Below the pieces are notes generated by a model, which saw nothing but the letters and a program-made list of their open reading frames with translations, was not told where the DNA came from and searched no databases. Source: the human T2T-CHM13v2.0 reference genome, Homo sapiens. Taken from it: DNA of 64,000 nt. Within the stretch, counting starts at the first letter, position 1. Each line of letters opens with the position of its first letter. A program made the position numbers and the translations under genes. Below, piece after piece: positions 47,483 to 61,879 of the stretch. Where the stretch lies: the NCBI RefSeq assembly GCF_009914755.1, contig NC_060927.1; one strand, 5' to 3'.

Positions 47483-50400
47483 ATGTGTATGGTAATACCA
47501 TACACATCAGAATATAAAGACACTGTAGGTGTTTATTTAATAGACTCTCACCCCCATCATTCTGAACACATACAATTACGTCTTAACATAAAACATTGCC
47601 TTTTAATTTTGCTGCAATTGCCACAATATAGCCATATCACTCACAAATAATCTTTGAATACCAGGATTATTTTCAAGTGGTCCACACTGGCCTGCATATT
47701 TTCTGAATCTAATTAGAACCACAGGCCAGGATGCAATTCTAACTCTGCTGCTAAGGACCTATGTGATGCTGGTCAAGCCACTACCATTACGGGCCCCTAA
47801 TCTGGGAAATGACCTTCCCTAAGATCCCTTTCAGCTCTAAACAAGCAATGGAGAGTAGTCCTCAAAAGCATGGTTTTGGTACCAGATGGACTTGAACTAA
47901 AAACTATTTTCTGTGTAGGAGAACATGGGCCTCAGTTTTTCCTCTAAAAGGTAAAGACGATAATGTTATCTATGGCCAAATAAATGAGCAATTTTATTCA
48001 CATAATCACCCAATATAACTACCAGTTTATAATGAGCACTCAAAGCATATTAGTAGTAGTGGTCATATATTATTATTATTAATATAATCATCATCATCAT
48101 TCATGAGTATCAATTTCTGAGAAGCAGCTTTTCAAGTACATGCCCACTAAATATTAAAATCATTGGGGAAATTCTCATGAAAGTATCTGATTAATTTCTT
48201 TATTACTCGGATTTGTTTTTACAAATGGTCTGTTGTCTGTTCTTTTCCAGAGCATGAATTTCTGATAATCATTGAGAGAACAAAATGACTTCCATTATCC
48301 AGTTAACATACAGTTCTGTAGCAGAATTAATCCATGTCTTTGCATGCTAAGTCATAGAAAACTGAATAGCTGTATCCTAAAACCATAGCTTCACTCTTGA
48401 GTGTCTTTGTTCCCTGTGAGCCTCCTCTGCTGAATATCCCACTGTCATTTCTTTGCTTTTCCACTCCCGGTCCACAAGTAGAAATGCTGCCCATTAGGGC
48501 GATTGTGAGGGCGCAGGGCTCTTACGTGTGTTTGGTGCCTAGCACAGAGCTGTGCACAAAGCACAAAGGAGGCTATCAGTTAAGCTGAGCTTTCTTTTCC
48601 CCTTCCAATTCAAATGAACCTGATACAAAATCCAAAGGAACTGGTACTGGTGGTGGGGAAACAAACCCAGAATAGAGGAATAGTAGTTTATGTAACCAGA
48701 CTCTGTTTATAAACCAGCCCTTCTTAAACTGGGACCCGTGGTTCTTAGCTTTCATCAAGCTTTCTTAGAGGTTGATGCCCCAACAAAAGCTGAATCAGTG
48801 ATGTAAATTGCAAAAGGAGTTGGAGGGAAAGCACATTTGAATAAATCAAGTCAAATGCTCCACAAGATTGTTAATATTTAACTAAGAGAGTAGCCTAACA
48901 TTTTTACTTAATTGCTCTCTCCTCTTTTTTCCACATATTCCACCCACTCCTCCTACCAGCCAATCTTATAAAAAAAAAAATCTGTAAGCCAACATTCTCC
49001 TGCACTCCTTCAGAGCTGCTCATTGCATAATCACCTCTAGAGTTATCTGCTTGTCATTTCCATCTCTCAGAAGCACACACCATCCACACCAGAAGCCTCA
49101 AGAAAATGCATGCATTTGGCACTATGGATTTATATTTGTTGTTTAGAAATAATTGCAAACCTACCATTTGTAGATTAAGGAATATGGCATATGACTGTTA
49201 AAAGCCGTGCATTATAAAGTCTTATCTCAATCCTATCCCATCATTCAAAGCCCAGCTTAAGGCTTCCTAAGACCTTCTCCAGCAGTTACTTCTCTTCCTT
49301 CTCTGACAGGTGTGCCACCTAATGTTTTGCTCAGGCAGCTGAACAATGGCATCAATGCTGTAATTGGTAATTCACAATTCTTTCATACAGGGCAAGGGCT
49401 GGTGCGTATTAAATCCTCATCAGCTGATTTTTGTTAGAAAGTATCTTCTCAAAATGAGGACATCCATTGTCTCTAAATGTCGTAATTTAAGCAAATTAAT
49501 TTATAAACTTAAAACAACAAAAAGGACATTATGTGGGAGTATGAATTAAACTTTACAGATACTAGTATTTATTTGGCTTTAATATGGTAAGACTGCTTTT
49601 ATCTACCTCAGTGTTTTTTAATGGCTTAAATGTCTTTTATCTATGTATATTTCCTCCTAAGACTAAATAATATGTTTATCTTATGTAATGGTATATATAA
49701 AATCAAATTACATTAAAAAGATTTTCATTATGAGGCAAAGTATTTACACAGTAATGCCAAGTAAAAGAGGCAAAATACATAATTATATACGGTATGGCTT
49801 CCACTATTAAAAATATTCAAAAACAACTGGAAGGAGATACACAAAAATATTAACATATGATATTTATTTTTGGTGGTGGAAAGACAGGTGATTGTTAAGT
49901 TACTTTTATATACTTTCCTGCATGTGTACATTTTATACAATGTGCATAATTTTACTATATAATCAAGAAAATGCCACTTTTTAAAAAGTCCTTTTGCCTT
50001 AATACATAAGGTGGCCTTCAAGTGAGGTGACACTGGTCAAGCTGTCTAGCTAATATGTCCAAGTTTCATCAGTTAGTGAGTACTAGAGCTGAAATCTGAA
50101 AACAGAAACTGTCATTCCTTAGAAATGATCCCTTCCTGCTAGAAAATGAGTTAATAAAAAAGCCATCTTTTCTATTTAGAATCGGGGTAAAGGTACAATC
50201 ACACATCAAGAGTCATTCAGCTTCAGATGTGCATGCAATTTCATTTTAAAGGCAGCAAAGAAAACAACTGGCATGTGCTGCTTCAGGCAACATGTGCTGT
50301 CTAGATAGTTCTACAGGCATTATGCAAGTCACTCATAGGAGCAATTAAATGGTTCAAAATGCATCCTCTCTATCTTCTGAAAGAAAGCTCTTTTAGGAAA

Positions 50401-50649
50401 TTGATGTTGGACCCCTTTCTGAATTACAAGTGAGTGGATTATGCATCTCTCCATAAGAGAGAGCATCAGACCAAGGGCATGCCTCTCCAGGCAAATGATT
50501 TATTTATATATGTGTAAGACCCTTTTAGTTAGTGACCCTCCTGATTCTCTGACTTTCTGGTGGAAATTAAATGAGCTGTTTTCTGAGGCTGTGGATGGCG
50601 GTTGATGGATAAAGCACAGGAGTAGAAGGGCACTGGACAAAAACGTTTA

Positions 50650-51521
50650 AACACAAATGGAAAAATATTCCATACTCACGGATTAGAAGAATATCATTAA
50701 AATGGTCATATTGCCCACAACAATCTACAGACTCAATGCTATTTCTATCAAATTACCAAAGCCATTTTTTACAGAATTAAAAAAAAACTATTTTAAAATC
50801 TATTTGGAATCAAAAAAGGGCCCAAATAGCCAAAGCAATACTAAGCAAAAAGAGTAAATTTGGATGAATCACATTACCTGACCTCACACTATACTACAAG
50901 CCCACAGTAACCTAAACAGCATGGTACTGCTACAAACACAGACACATAATCCAGTAGAACAGAATAGAGGACCCAGAAATAAAGCCACACACCTACAAGC
51001 ATCTGATCTTCAACAAAGTTGACAAAAATAAGCAATGGGGAAAGGACTCCTTGTACAATAAGTGGTGCTGAGATAGCTGGCTAACCATATGCAGAAGAAC
51101 CAAACTGGACCCCTACATTTTACATATATAAAAATAAACTCGAGATGTATTAAAGACTTAACTGTAAGTCCTAAAATTATTAAAATCATAGAAGAAAACC
51201 TAGGAAATACCATTCTGAACATCAGCCTTGGGAAATAATTTATGACTAAGTCCTCAAAAGCACTTGCTACAAGAAAAAAAAATTGGTAATGGGACCTAAT
51301 TAAACTAAAGAGCTTCTGCATAGCAAAGAAAACTATCAACAAACAACCTACAGAATAAGATAAGGTATTTGTGAACTACTCATTTGACAAAGGTCTAACG
51401 TCCAGAATCTATAAGGAACTTAAGCAATTGAGCAAGCAAAAAACAAATAACCCCCTTGAAAAGTGGGCAAAGGACATGAACAGACACTTCTCAAAAGAAA
51501 ACATACAAGTGGCCAACAAAC
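50650..51521 (+). mobile_element. L1 ORF2 3' fragment (L1PB/L1MA-like), degenerate
   Basis: [77 protein letters not shown] translation; frameshifted. Confidence 0.9.
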
Positions 51522-51924
51522 AGCAGAGGCTGTGCTTTATTTACTACCAAATCTCACATGTTTGCCTTGTTTCCAACACAGAGTAGAAGCTCAATAAATT
51601 TTTATTGAACGAACAAATGAATGAATGAAATATGTGGAACTTTTCAACGACAGACAGTGGCCATATATCTCTCTTATCTCTGCACACAGCACTTACTAAA
51701 TGTATATTAATGATACCATAGAAACTTCGAAATAATAAGGTAAAAGATAGTTGCAACTGCACTAAATCTACATAGGCCCTGAAATCTATTGGTAGATGCT
51801 GAAAGTAAGCACTTGTAATATATCACCTGAGAAACTCATTTCCCCAATCCTGTCAAACTCATTGTTTTCTGGGCCAAACCACCAGTCTTTGAAAGGTGAT
51901 GTGAAGATCTAAAAACACAGTAAA

Positions 51925-52260
51925 AATGTAACAGAAGCCACACATGTAACTTTAAATTTTTATAGCTCCCTTAATAAAATAAAAACAGGTGAAATTTTCA
52001 TAATATGTTTAACTCAATATAGCCACAACATTATCATTTAAAAACATAATCAGTACACATGCTCGCTCACTTGGGCAGCACATATACTAAAATTGGAAAG
52101 ATTACAAAGAAGATTAACATAGCCCCTAGGCAAGGATGACATAAATTCGTGAAGCGGTTCATATAAAAATTTCTTTTACCTATTCATGCGATATTTTACT
52201 TTTTTAATATATAATCTCTTCTAAATCTGTGTGTTTCACATGTATGGTGCATCTTGGTAT
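51925..52260. mobile_element. MER33-like element interrupted by a U6 copy
   Basis: AAGCCACACATGTAACTTTAAATTTT..AAACAGGTGAAATT..AACTCAATATA, collinear with the element at 5420-5718. Confidence 0.55.
52059..52165 (+). pseudogene. U6 snRNA pseudogene (near full length)
   Basis: ATGCTCGCT..GGCAGCACATATACTAAAATTGGAA.GAT.ACAAAGAAGATTA.CAT.GCCCCT..GCAAGGATGACA..AATTCGTGAAGCG..CATAT matches U6; ACAGAGA box mutated to ACAAAGA, indels present, no upstream PSE/TATA seen. Confidence 0.93.
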
Positions 52261-52839
52261 GGGTTTATAAATTTCCACACCTCTAATTCAATCCTGGGAA
52301 GAAGTTACTCTATGAGAGAACCTGGATTATAGTGGTTCTCAAACTTACAATTCCTTAAAAACTGTCAAGCCATATTCTGAAAATATAACACAAATTTGTT
52401 GCTGCAAGACCATGTTTCAAATGAAGCTAGGGTATGCTTTATGCTCCGCCATCCTTACGAATTACCTCCATGAAACTTAATTGTTAAGCACAGGGAGTAC
52501 CCACTCTTTTCCTCTTTCAGCTGTTTTTATTACGTTAAAGATCAAAGCAATTAGTCAATGAAATGAATCACTAAACAAACTATAACATTTTAAAAGTTAA
52601 CTCCATTTTGACACAAACTTCACAGGACAGGTTTTGCGGGACTTCCGTCTTCTTTTTGGTCCCTCTCTTAACAGAGCTAGTCAATTCTTTTGAAATTGTT
52701 CTGTCCTTTTTACATGTATATAGTTTTGTAAAACAAATTAAATTTCAACTTCTTAGTATTCTGAGAGACTGCTGTTCTTAAAATAAATGAAGATAAAATA
52801 TGTAGGTAAATATTCACTAACAAGGTAAGTTCAAGATTA

Positions 52840-53260
52840 ATCATGGCAATACAGATTATAATAGCCCTGTACTGGAAACAACCAAAATGCCCATCAGCAG
52901 TAGAATGGGTGAAATATTGTGTGATAGTCAATGGAATTCTACACATAATGAACATCATCTACTGCTACATAAAAAAAAAACTCACAAATTAGTGAGTGAA
53001 GAGGCCAGTCCCCTAGACATCACACAATGATTTCATTTATATAAAGTTCAAAACTAGGAAAAATTAATCTATGATCCGAGAAATCAGGATAATGGTGACC
53101 AGGGGTGGGGGAGAAGTGACTGGCAGGGGGCAGGATGGGTCTCCTGGGGGACAGATAACATTCTGTTCCTTGATCTGGGTGCAGATTACATGGGTGTGTG
53201 CATGTAGGATTTATAGAATTCTCTGACATTCATTATGCTTCAATACCACTTCCATAAAAA
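52840..53260 (+). mobile_element. Ancient L1ME-like 3' fragment
   Basis: ACTGGAAACAACCAAAATGCCCATCAGCAGTAGAATGG..GTTCAAAACTAGG..TTGATCTGGGTG. Confidence 0.65.
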
Positions 53261-56004
53261 TAATCAGACACATGAGAAAGGCAGAAGCTTGCTATCATAC
53301 ACTCCTGCCCCATGTGTTTCTGTTAAAAATTGGTCATATTGTGCTGCTTCCTGCTTCTACCTTTTTGAGTTTCTAACTAAATCAAGGCAAAACAACTGAT
53401 AGGGCTTTTAAGTAAAAGGCATGTTTTTCTCTGTGTGTGTGTCTTTCCTTCTCTCTCACTCTCCCTTCTCTTTCCCATGCCTTCCTGCACTCCCTAGGTC
53501 CAGGTCTTTCTCTTCTTCAAGCAAATTTACTTAAAAGAAGGAAAGATGAGTAATAACTATACTTTTCTGATTGGATTAGAACAGCTTGGGGATATATCTG
53601 AAATCTTCAAATTGTTCTTTTTATGATGATATGAAGAACTTGAATGGTTAAAATATTTATTGTTGATTTCTCATTTCATTCTCCAATTTGTGCTGTAAGA
53701 GAGATCAAATTCCTGTAGAGTATGGCTGTGGGGGATGCATATATTTTAGTAAAGCTTTAAATTAACAGTTTCATGATACTCTGACCTGCTCTTGCTATGA
53801 ATACTTAGCATATTTATAAGAAATATTGTTATGGCCAAAAGGAAGACAGAATGTGTTATGCATACCAAAGCCTATATGTAATGGGAAAAAATCCTTTCCC
53901 ATTTTAACTGTTTCTGAACTGGTGTCTCTTTAGGAAAAGGTTTAGCTAACTGAAGGCTTTGGAGGCAGTCCCCAAGGAATTGACTACTTGTGGGCTTAGA
54001 GGTTGTCTCTCACTCACCACCCCCACTGATCCTCAAATAAATTTGTTTACAAAGGTGGGTATGTTATTATTCTCCCCCACCCAGGAAAGTAACTTGTGTT
54101 AAAACAACTTCATTTGCAAATATCATAGAGAAATTACAGGAGATGACTTAACAACAACAAAAAAATCAATGTGCAGCTTAGGACAGCCATTTAGAGAAAA
54201 CACATTACTCCATGGTGAGAAAAAGGAAGAAAATTTCCCCTTGATGATAACTTTAAATATCTACGTATATATTTAAAGCAGCCATGGCTAAATGAAGCCT
54301 TCCCAGCACTACTAGATAAACATGACCTCACTACCTTTGCAGGAACCTACCTTAGTGCAGAACTGTAAGAAGTTGTGTATTCAGAAAGCCTCACATTTTT
54401 CACAGGAGAGCTTTAAAAATGCAATTTCTCTTAGAGCAAACCAAACAGAGCTGACATGTAGTCATCACTCTTTTCACATTTCAGTATCTTGTGCTAATCC
54501 CCCTAGTTTTCAAATCTCTTTAGTCCACAGTGACAAAGATCTACTAGTGATCCAGAAGCTACGCTGAAGCCCAGGTTTTCCTCCTCCTCCTCATCAAAAT
54601 GTTCTAACCAGAGTTGTGAATGAAGTGAAGGATCTAGTTAAAATTTTTTTTGGCCTTTCTCCACCTCAACCTAGGAGGAATCAGATAAAATAGTCCAAGG
54701 CCAGGAAGTAAGAGCAAAGGCATATGAAGTCCCTAGAGCAGAGGTTACCTGGAGTCTCTAAGGATTTGAACACCTTACATCACTAGGATTTAAAATATCT
54801 CCTCTCTATTACATGAAGAATCAAAAGTTGACTGAAGAGCCTTTGTAAACATCACGATAACAGAATATTTGATAGACACTGCACCATTTGTTGAGTTTAC
54901 TCTCTGGCTAACTTCAGAACCTCATATCTTGAAAGGTCAGATACACAGTATTGAGAAAGGTATATTTTTGCTGAATGATGGTGAGCATCGCAAATCAATT
55001 TCAGCACACTTTCCTGAGGAAGAGGGAAGGGTCTCTGCATGATTTTTCAGGTTGTCACACCATTCAACACTGTCATATGAGATACAATCTACATGCCATC
55101 TTTGTATTGCCTTAATTAAGGCAGCAGGGCTCCCTGGAAAAGGAAAAAATCTACTGCACAGTTTGGATGTTTAAGTTTGTAGAAACTTTTTGATTCTTTA
55201 ATTCTCTGATTTTTTAGTCCTTTAATCCCTTAGAACCATGAGCTATGAGTCAAAACAACTTCCAAATCTGGAGTTTCCTTTAAAGAGAAAACGTCCATGG
55301 TTTACTCAGTAATTGGATAAAATTATTTGTTTAATCTCTTCTGTCTTTAAGCAGGTAGCTTATTCGGTGTACTGTGTAAATCAGTATGAAAATTCAAGAA
55401 ATTACCTAGTAGAAAGAAGCCAACATTTTGGGTCAGGGAGGTTGTCTGCTAGATAAATTGGTACAATGTGAACATTAACACAAGGTTCAAGTAGTTTCCA
55501 AATCAATTTTATTTAGAAAAGAATGCAGATTGCATGTGGCCTTCAAAGTTCAAATGTCTATATTACCACATTTCCCTTTGAGGGAAGAAAAACAGGATGT
55601 GGTTTAGGATGCTGCTACAAATCAACTCAAGGGCCCTTTAATAATTATAGTAATACCTGTGTGGAGCCCACATTTGGTTTAAGTGACTTTCTCCAATTCT
55701 AGGAATTTTCTAGCTTTAGGTTGATGTTAAAATTCAGCGCCAAGTCCAGAGTGAGACAGAAACCACCTACTGAGAATTGTTTTTTTAATGCTTCCTTAAC
55801 AATTTATAATAATCACCAAGCAAGTCTTTGGATGGGGAAATTTCAAGTTATGGCTGCCAGATACAGTTGAAGTCTTAGCAAACTGACATCAGACCCATTA
55901 ATCCATTAGTCCTTAAACTTATCTGTATGTCAGAGTCCTTCAGGGACCCACACTACATCTACTGTATCAAAATCTCAGGGGAGGCAAAATCAGGGACAGC
56001 GTTC

Positions 56005-56885
56005 CTACAACTCAATAGCAAAAAGTCCAATCACCGAATTTGTAAAATAGACAAAAGACTTGACCAGACACCTCAGAAAGGCAGGTGCACGAGTGGCTAA
56101 TAAGCACATGAAAAAGTGCTCCACATCAATAGGTATCAGGAAAATGCAAATGAAACTACCATAAGATACCACTCCACACCTGTTTGAACAGCTAAAATTA
56201 AAAAGACAGACCAGTGTTGGAAAGGATGTGAAGCAACCGTAACTCTCATGCATTGCTGGGAGATGTGTAAATAGCACAACCACTTTACTTTGCATAACGG
56301 TTTGGCAGATGAGATAAACATATACCTACAAGATGGCAACTTCTCTGCTAGCTATTTACCTGAGACATGGAAACATATGTGCACAGAAAAACGTATATGA
56401 GAATGAGCATAGCAATTTTATTCCTAATAGCTAAAAACTGGAGACAGCCAAAATGTCCATCAAAAGGAGAATAGATACGTAAATTGTGTTATAGCCAAAC
56501 AATGTAAAAGTACCCAGCAGTTAAAACGGACAATCTACTGATACACACAACATAGTTGAACTTCAGTAGTATTATTCTGAGTGGGAAAAAAACCCAAACA
56601 CAAAAGATCATACATTGTATGTTTCCACTTTTATGATAATAGGCAAAACTAATGTTTAGTAAGAGATAAGAACAGTTACTGGCTCCAGGGGATGGTGGTG
56701 GAGGTGGGTGGGCAGGGATTGACTGTAGGGGGCATGAGGGAACTTTCTAGAGTGATGAAAATGGTCAATATTTTAAAAGAAGTGTGGGTTATGTGTGTAT
56801 TTGTCAAAACTCAGTGAACTGTACACTTAAGATCTGTTTGTTTGAATGGATGTAAATTATTCTTCAATAAAGTAAAATTAAATGA
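56005..56885 (+). mobile_element. L1M (L1MB/ME-like) 3' end
   Basis: CTACAACTCAATAGC..AAATGCAAATGAAACTAC..GTCAAAACTCA..TGTACACTTAA..TCAATAAAG. Confidence 0.8.
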
Positions 56886-57074
56886 AAAAATGTCCCCAAG
56901 CATAGTTACATATTTACAATGTGAATCTATGTTTGTAAACCACTACATCAAGGAATATTAAAAAAACACTGCAAAATGATTTTTATTTTTTGCTACAATC
57001 CCAAGGTTTTAGTGATGATGCTCACAACATGTTGGAAGACCAAATTTTGGGGTAAGGTTTAAAGCAATGACAAT

Positions 57075-57075
<1 letters not shown>

Positions 57076-57120
<45 letters not shown>
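57076..57120. repeat. (TG)n microsatellite, about 22 units
   Basis: Read directly; one CG interruption near the left end. Confidence 0.97.
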
Positions 57121-57122
<2 letters not shown>

Positions 57123-57690
57123 TACAGTAAAGGGTGGATTCAGCAGGTCTATGATGTCCAAATTCTACACATTCCAAAGAAAGGCATGGCCCCCCCTTCA
57201 TCCGCTTATGAGAGATAACTTCTAAACTCTTGGAATATCCTGCCTGATAACAGTGTCTTTGTATACCTGGGGCATTGGGCCATGGCAGATGGTTTATGCT
57301 AATGATGTGATTAACGATGGGGTTCTTGGGTTGGAGACTATGTAACTAAGGTCAGTCATATGGGCACTCCATCCCTATGTAACCAATTCCTAATTTTAAA
57401 AATCCTAGACATCAAGTCTTGAGTGAGCTTCCCTGGTTGGCAGCATTCTGTACACGTTGTCATACATTGTTCCTGGGAACAATAAGTACTGTCCTGTGAT
57501 CTCACTTGGAGAGGAAAACTGGAAGCTTGTGCCTGGTCTCCCATGAACTCTGCCCTGTGCACTTTTTCCTTTGCTGATTTTAATCTGTATCTCTTCTGAA
57601 ATAAACTGTAACCATGAGTATAACAGCTTTTCTGATATCTTTGAGTCTTTCTAGTGCATCATTGAACTGAGGATAGTTGGGGACCTCACA
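57118..57690 (+). mobile_element. MER21-like ERV LTR
   Basis: CTTGGAATATCCTGCCTGATAA..GAGCTTCCCTGGTTGGC..AATAAACTGTAACCATGAGTATAACAGC..GGGGACCTCACA. Confidence 0.7.
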
Positions 57691-58431
57691 CATATGCATG
57701 TGTGCACACACACACACATGCACACACGATACAAATAAATTGAAATTAAAGAAGCAATAAAAAGATGCAATGCAAATGGGAGCAGTGAGTTTTCATAAAA
57801 GCCCAATGATCCTGAACAAGCCATAATTTCAACCCCAGGGGTATAATCCTGTGTTGGGTTAGGGGAATGGTCTAGAATTTGGTACACTGGGCTCAATCTG
57901 AAAATGTACAGGTGTATACCATACAAGGTGCCGAGATGATCACAGCAGGATAGCTACTGTGAATTTTCAGTAAGGGAGATAGCACTTTTCTGAAATATTC
58001 CACAAATAGAGAAACAGACATTCACAACACCCTCCTTGATCTGGAATTGCCTACCCCTCCAGATTCATGGTACATGACTCTCCCTCTCATTTTCAATATT
58101 ATATCCAATACTCTGGGGTTTTCTCCCTCAGTCCTATATTTTATCCTTCAGAGCCTACTGTATGAAGTGGAATTATTATTTCTTAGGCTGGTTATGTGTT
58201 TTTAACCTCTCTTACTGAAATATGAGCTCGGTAAGGACAAGGAAGAAGTTGCAGGTCCTTATTTTGTCTCTAGCACCTAGTTTAGGCCTGGCATTAATAA
58301 CAATACTATCTGAAGGGTGAAAGCCTGAACAGTTGAGTTCCTTGAATGCAGCTGGCACTTTTCAGCTTCAAGGCATTTGCATATACCATTCCCTTTGTTT
58401 GGACCAATCTTCCCTTTCTCCTCTTTACTAG

Positions 58432-58770
<339 letters not shown>

Positions 58771-58847
58771 TTCTTCCTCATCTTAAACATCCCTCTTGGA
58801 AAACCACCCTCAGATTAGGTAGATTAGACACTCTTTTCATACTAGTC

Positions 58848-59955
58848 TGTATTTGTTTGCTATTGTTACATAACAAATAGCTTCAAATTTAGGGGCTTAA
58901 AACACCACTTATTATACTCATAGTTCTGTAGGTCAAAAGTCTGGGCAGGCTCACCTGGGTTCTCTGCTTTAGAGTCTCTGTGTTGGTTTTCTAGGCTGCC
59001 TTAACAAAATATCACAAACTGGGTGGCTTAAAACAACAGAAATATATTATTTTGCAATTCTGGAGTCTAGAAATCCAGACTCAAGGTCTTGGCAGGTACA
59101 AGCTTCCTCCAAAGGCTCTAGGGAAGAATGTTCTTTGCCTCTTTCAGCTTTTGGTAGCTCCAAGAATTTCTTGGCTTGCAGTAGCACATCTCCAGTCTCT
59201 GCCTCCATCTTCTCATGGCTGTCTTCCCTCTATGTCTGTGTCTTTACATGGCATTCTTCCTGTGTTTCTGTGTCTGTGTCAAAATTTACCTCATCTGATA
59301 AAGACACCAGTCAGAGTCATGCTGGATTAAGGTCCACCCTAATGATCTCATCTTAACTTGATTAACTCTACAAAGACCCTGTCTCCAAATGATGACACAG
59401 TCATAGGTATCAGGGGTTAGGGTTTCAACATAAACATTGGGTGACACAGTTCAATTTTTGCTGGACACAATTCAACCCATAACAGTCTCCCAAGGCTGAA
59501 CTCAAGGTATCATAAGACCTGGACTCTTATGTGGAAGCTGTAGTGAAGAATTCATTCCCAAACTCAGTTTGTTAGCAGAGTTTAGTTCTCTGTGGTTCTA
59601 GGAATGAGGTCTCTGCCTCCTTGCTGGCTGTCAGCTGGCGGCTGCTCTAAGCTTCTAAAGGCCATCAACATGCTTCATCTCATGACCATCCATCCTCAAG
59701 CCAGTGTTGGTGCATCAAATCCTTCCCATTCTTGGAGTCTCTCTTTCTCTCAGCTAAAGGCTGGAGAAAATGCTCTTCTTTGAAAGGGATCCTATAATTA
59801 GATTAGGACAACTGAGATAATTTCCCTTTTGCCATAGAACTTAGCATTATCAAGGGAATGCTATCATATTAACAGGTTCTACTCACACACAAAGCAGAGG
59901 GGATTATTTAAGGGCAAGTGTCACTGCGGGCATTCTTATAATTCTGCCTACCACA
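58848..59955 (-). mobile_element. MLT1E/F-like MaLR LTR split by a second MaLR LTR
   Basis: TGTATTTGTTTGCTATTG..GGCTTAAAACA..; resumes at 59485 and ends ATTCTGCCTACCACA. Confidence 0.7.
58979..59484 (-). mobile_element. MLT1B/C-like MaLR solo LTR nested in an older MLT1
   Basis: TG..CA termini (TGTGTTGGTTTTCTAGGCTGC..CAATTCAACCCATAACA) with perfect 5-bp TSD GTCTC at 58974-58978 and 59485-59489. Confidence 0.85.
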
Positions 59956-60125
59956 TCACCCTTGATCTTTTTCACCTTCCCTCAAATGCCTAATTACTTA
60001 TTAAACATTTTCTTTCCATGTTAGATTATACACTCCATGAGGGTAGAGAATAAATGCATGTTATTCACAGCTGGTGTCTTGAGCACCAGGCATGAGGCAG
60101 AGTAGGCACCTGAATAAATGAATCA

Positions 60126-60584
<459 letters not shown>

Positions 60585-61838
60585 TCAGGCAGGGAAATGA
60601 TGGAAAGAAATTGAGTTTGCAGATAAGGAACCTAGATGTCAAGGTTGAGATAATGAACCCAGAACCTTGACTGACAATAGTCAGAAAATTGCAAATGCTT
60701 AAGTTCTGCCACCACATGAGAAATGACCTGCCATTTATTCTGCCACTTTGTCTTGGTTTCTCCAAGAATATCTATTATCTTTTCAAAAATTAATAGATGC
60801 AGACAATTGTGTGACAGCTAATGAGAAAACAGAATGTGTGTGTTGTGGCAGCACTAACTCAGGTGGTAAGACTTAAACCAACAGGAATACTTGTGCTGCT
60901 AAGATTAAAAACCTATACTAGGCCCTCAGCTAAATTGCTAAATGGATAAACAGCCTCCTTATAAGTACAAAATCCCAAACCTGCTGGAAAAATATATTTT
61001 TAGGCATACAGTGCTGCAATTTCTGATGAAACAATCAGACTTGTATATTCCAAAGTTAAGCACACTTCCAAAGTTTTTCCTCATTGAGGGCAATACAAAT
61101 GGTTACTTTAATTATATTTTCCCTTTGGGTGATTCAATGCAGTACGATTTTTAAATGAGTTTTTAAAATATTCTTTTTAAAAAAATATAAGAAAAGTGGT
61201 TGGGGCCAGAGAGCCTGTAGCTAACAGCAGACTTCAAAGAGGGGGAAAGATCAATGCGTATCTCCAGGATTAAAATACACAGCTGTAGTTTGCAAATTCA
61301 AATACATTTTAAGGCCACCTCCTTTTTCTACCTCCCAAAGGCCTAATCCTTTGATTGACAGTTACAGTCCTATCAGAAAAGCAGACTACATTTATTCCGG
61401 TGCACTGAATGAGGTAAGCCTTAATCTCTTTAATCGTCTCATCCATGATGTCTTTGAATAAAGGAAAGCAATTACTATTTCAATTCCTGCTGGTTGCCTT
61501 TCCTGGGAATAAACTGACTGGGGATCAGAAGTCCTGTCAGTTGCATCTTGCTGGACCTTAGGGGGCTGCAGGTTTACAAGTTGCATGACAGCCTAAGTTA
61601 ACACGGCCCATGTTTTTCTGCCACGGCTCCTGCTCTGATCCTCCATCTGACTTCTCCTCTTTGCAGGCATTACATAATGTGCAAGGGGAAAAACAGCCTG
61701 AAATAATCTCACATCAAGAGGATTTGGACAAAAAAACAAATTCAAATTGATAATCCAAGGCTGAGATTGCCACTGTCATTCAACTACTCTTCTGAAATAC
61801 TTCTCAGCTTGTGTTTTGGTACCTGTTGCTATAACTTC

Positions 61839-61879
61839 AAAAAAAAAAAAAAGAAAAAAGAAAGAAAGAAAGAAAAAGA
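61839..61879. repeat. Poly-A/(GAAA)n low-complexity tract
   Basis: Read directly. Confidence 0.85.

Noticed and set aside
55733-55753. REST/RE1-like TTCAGCGCCAAGTCCAGAG
   Set aside because: Mismatches in both half-sites, including GGACAG.
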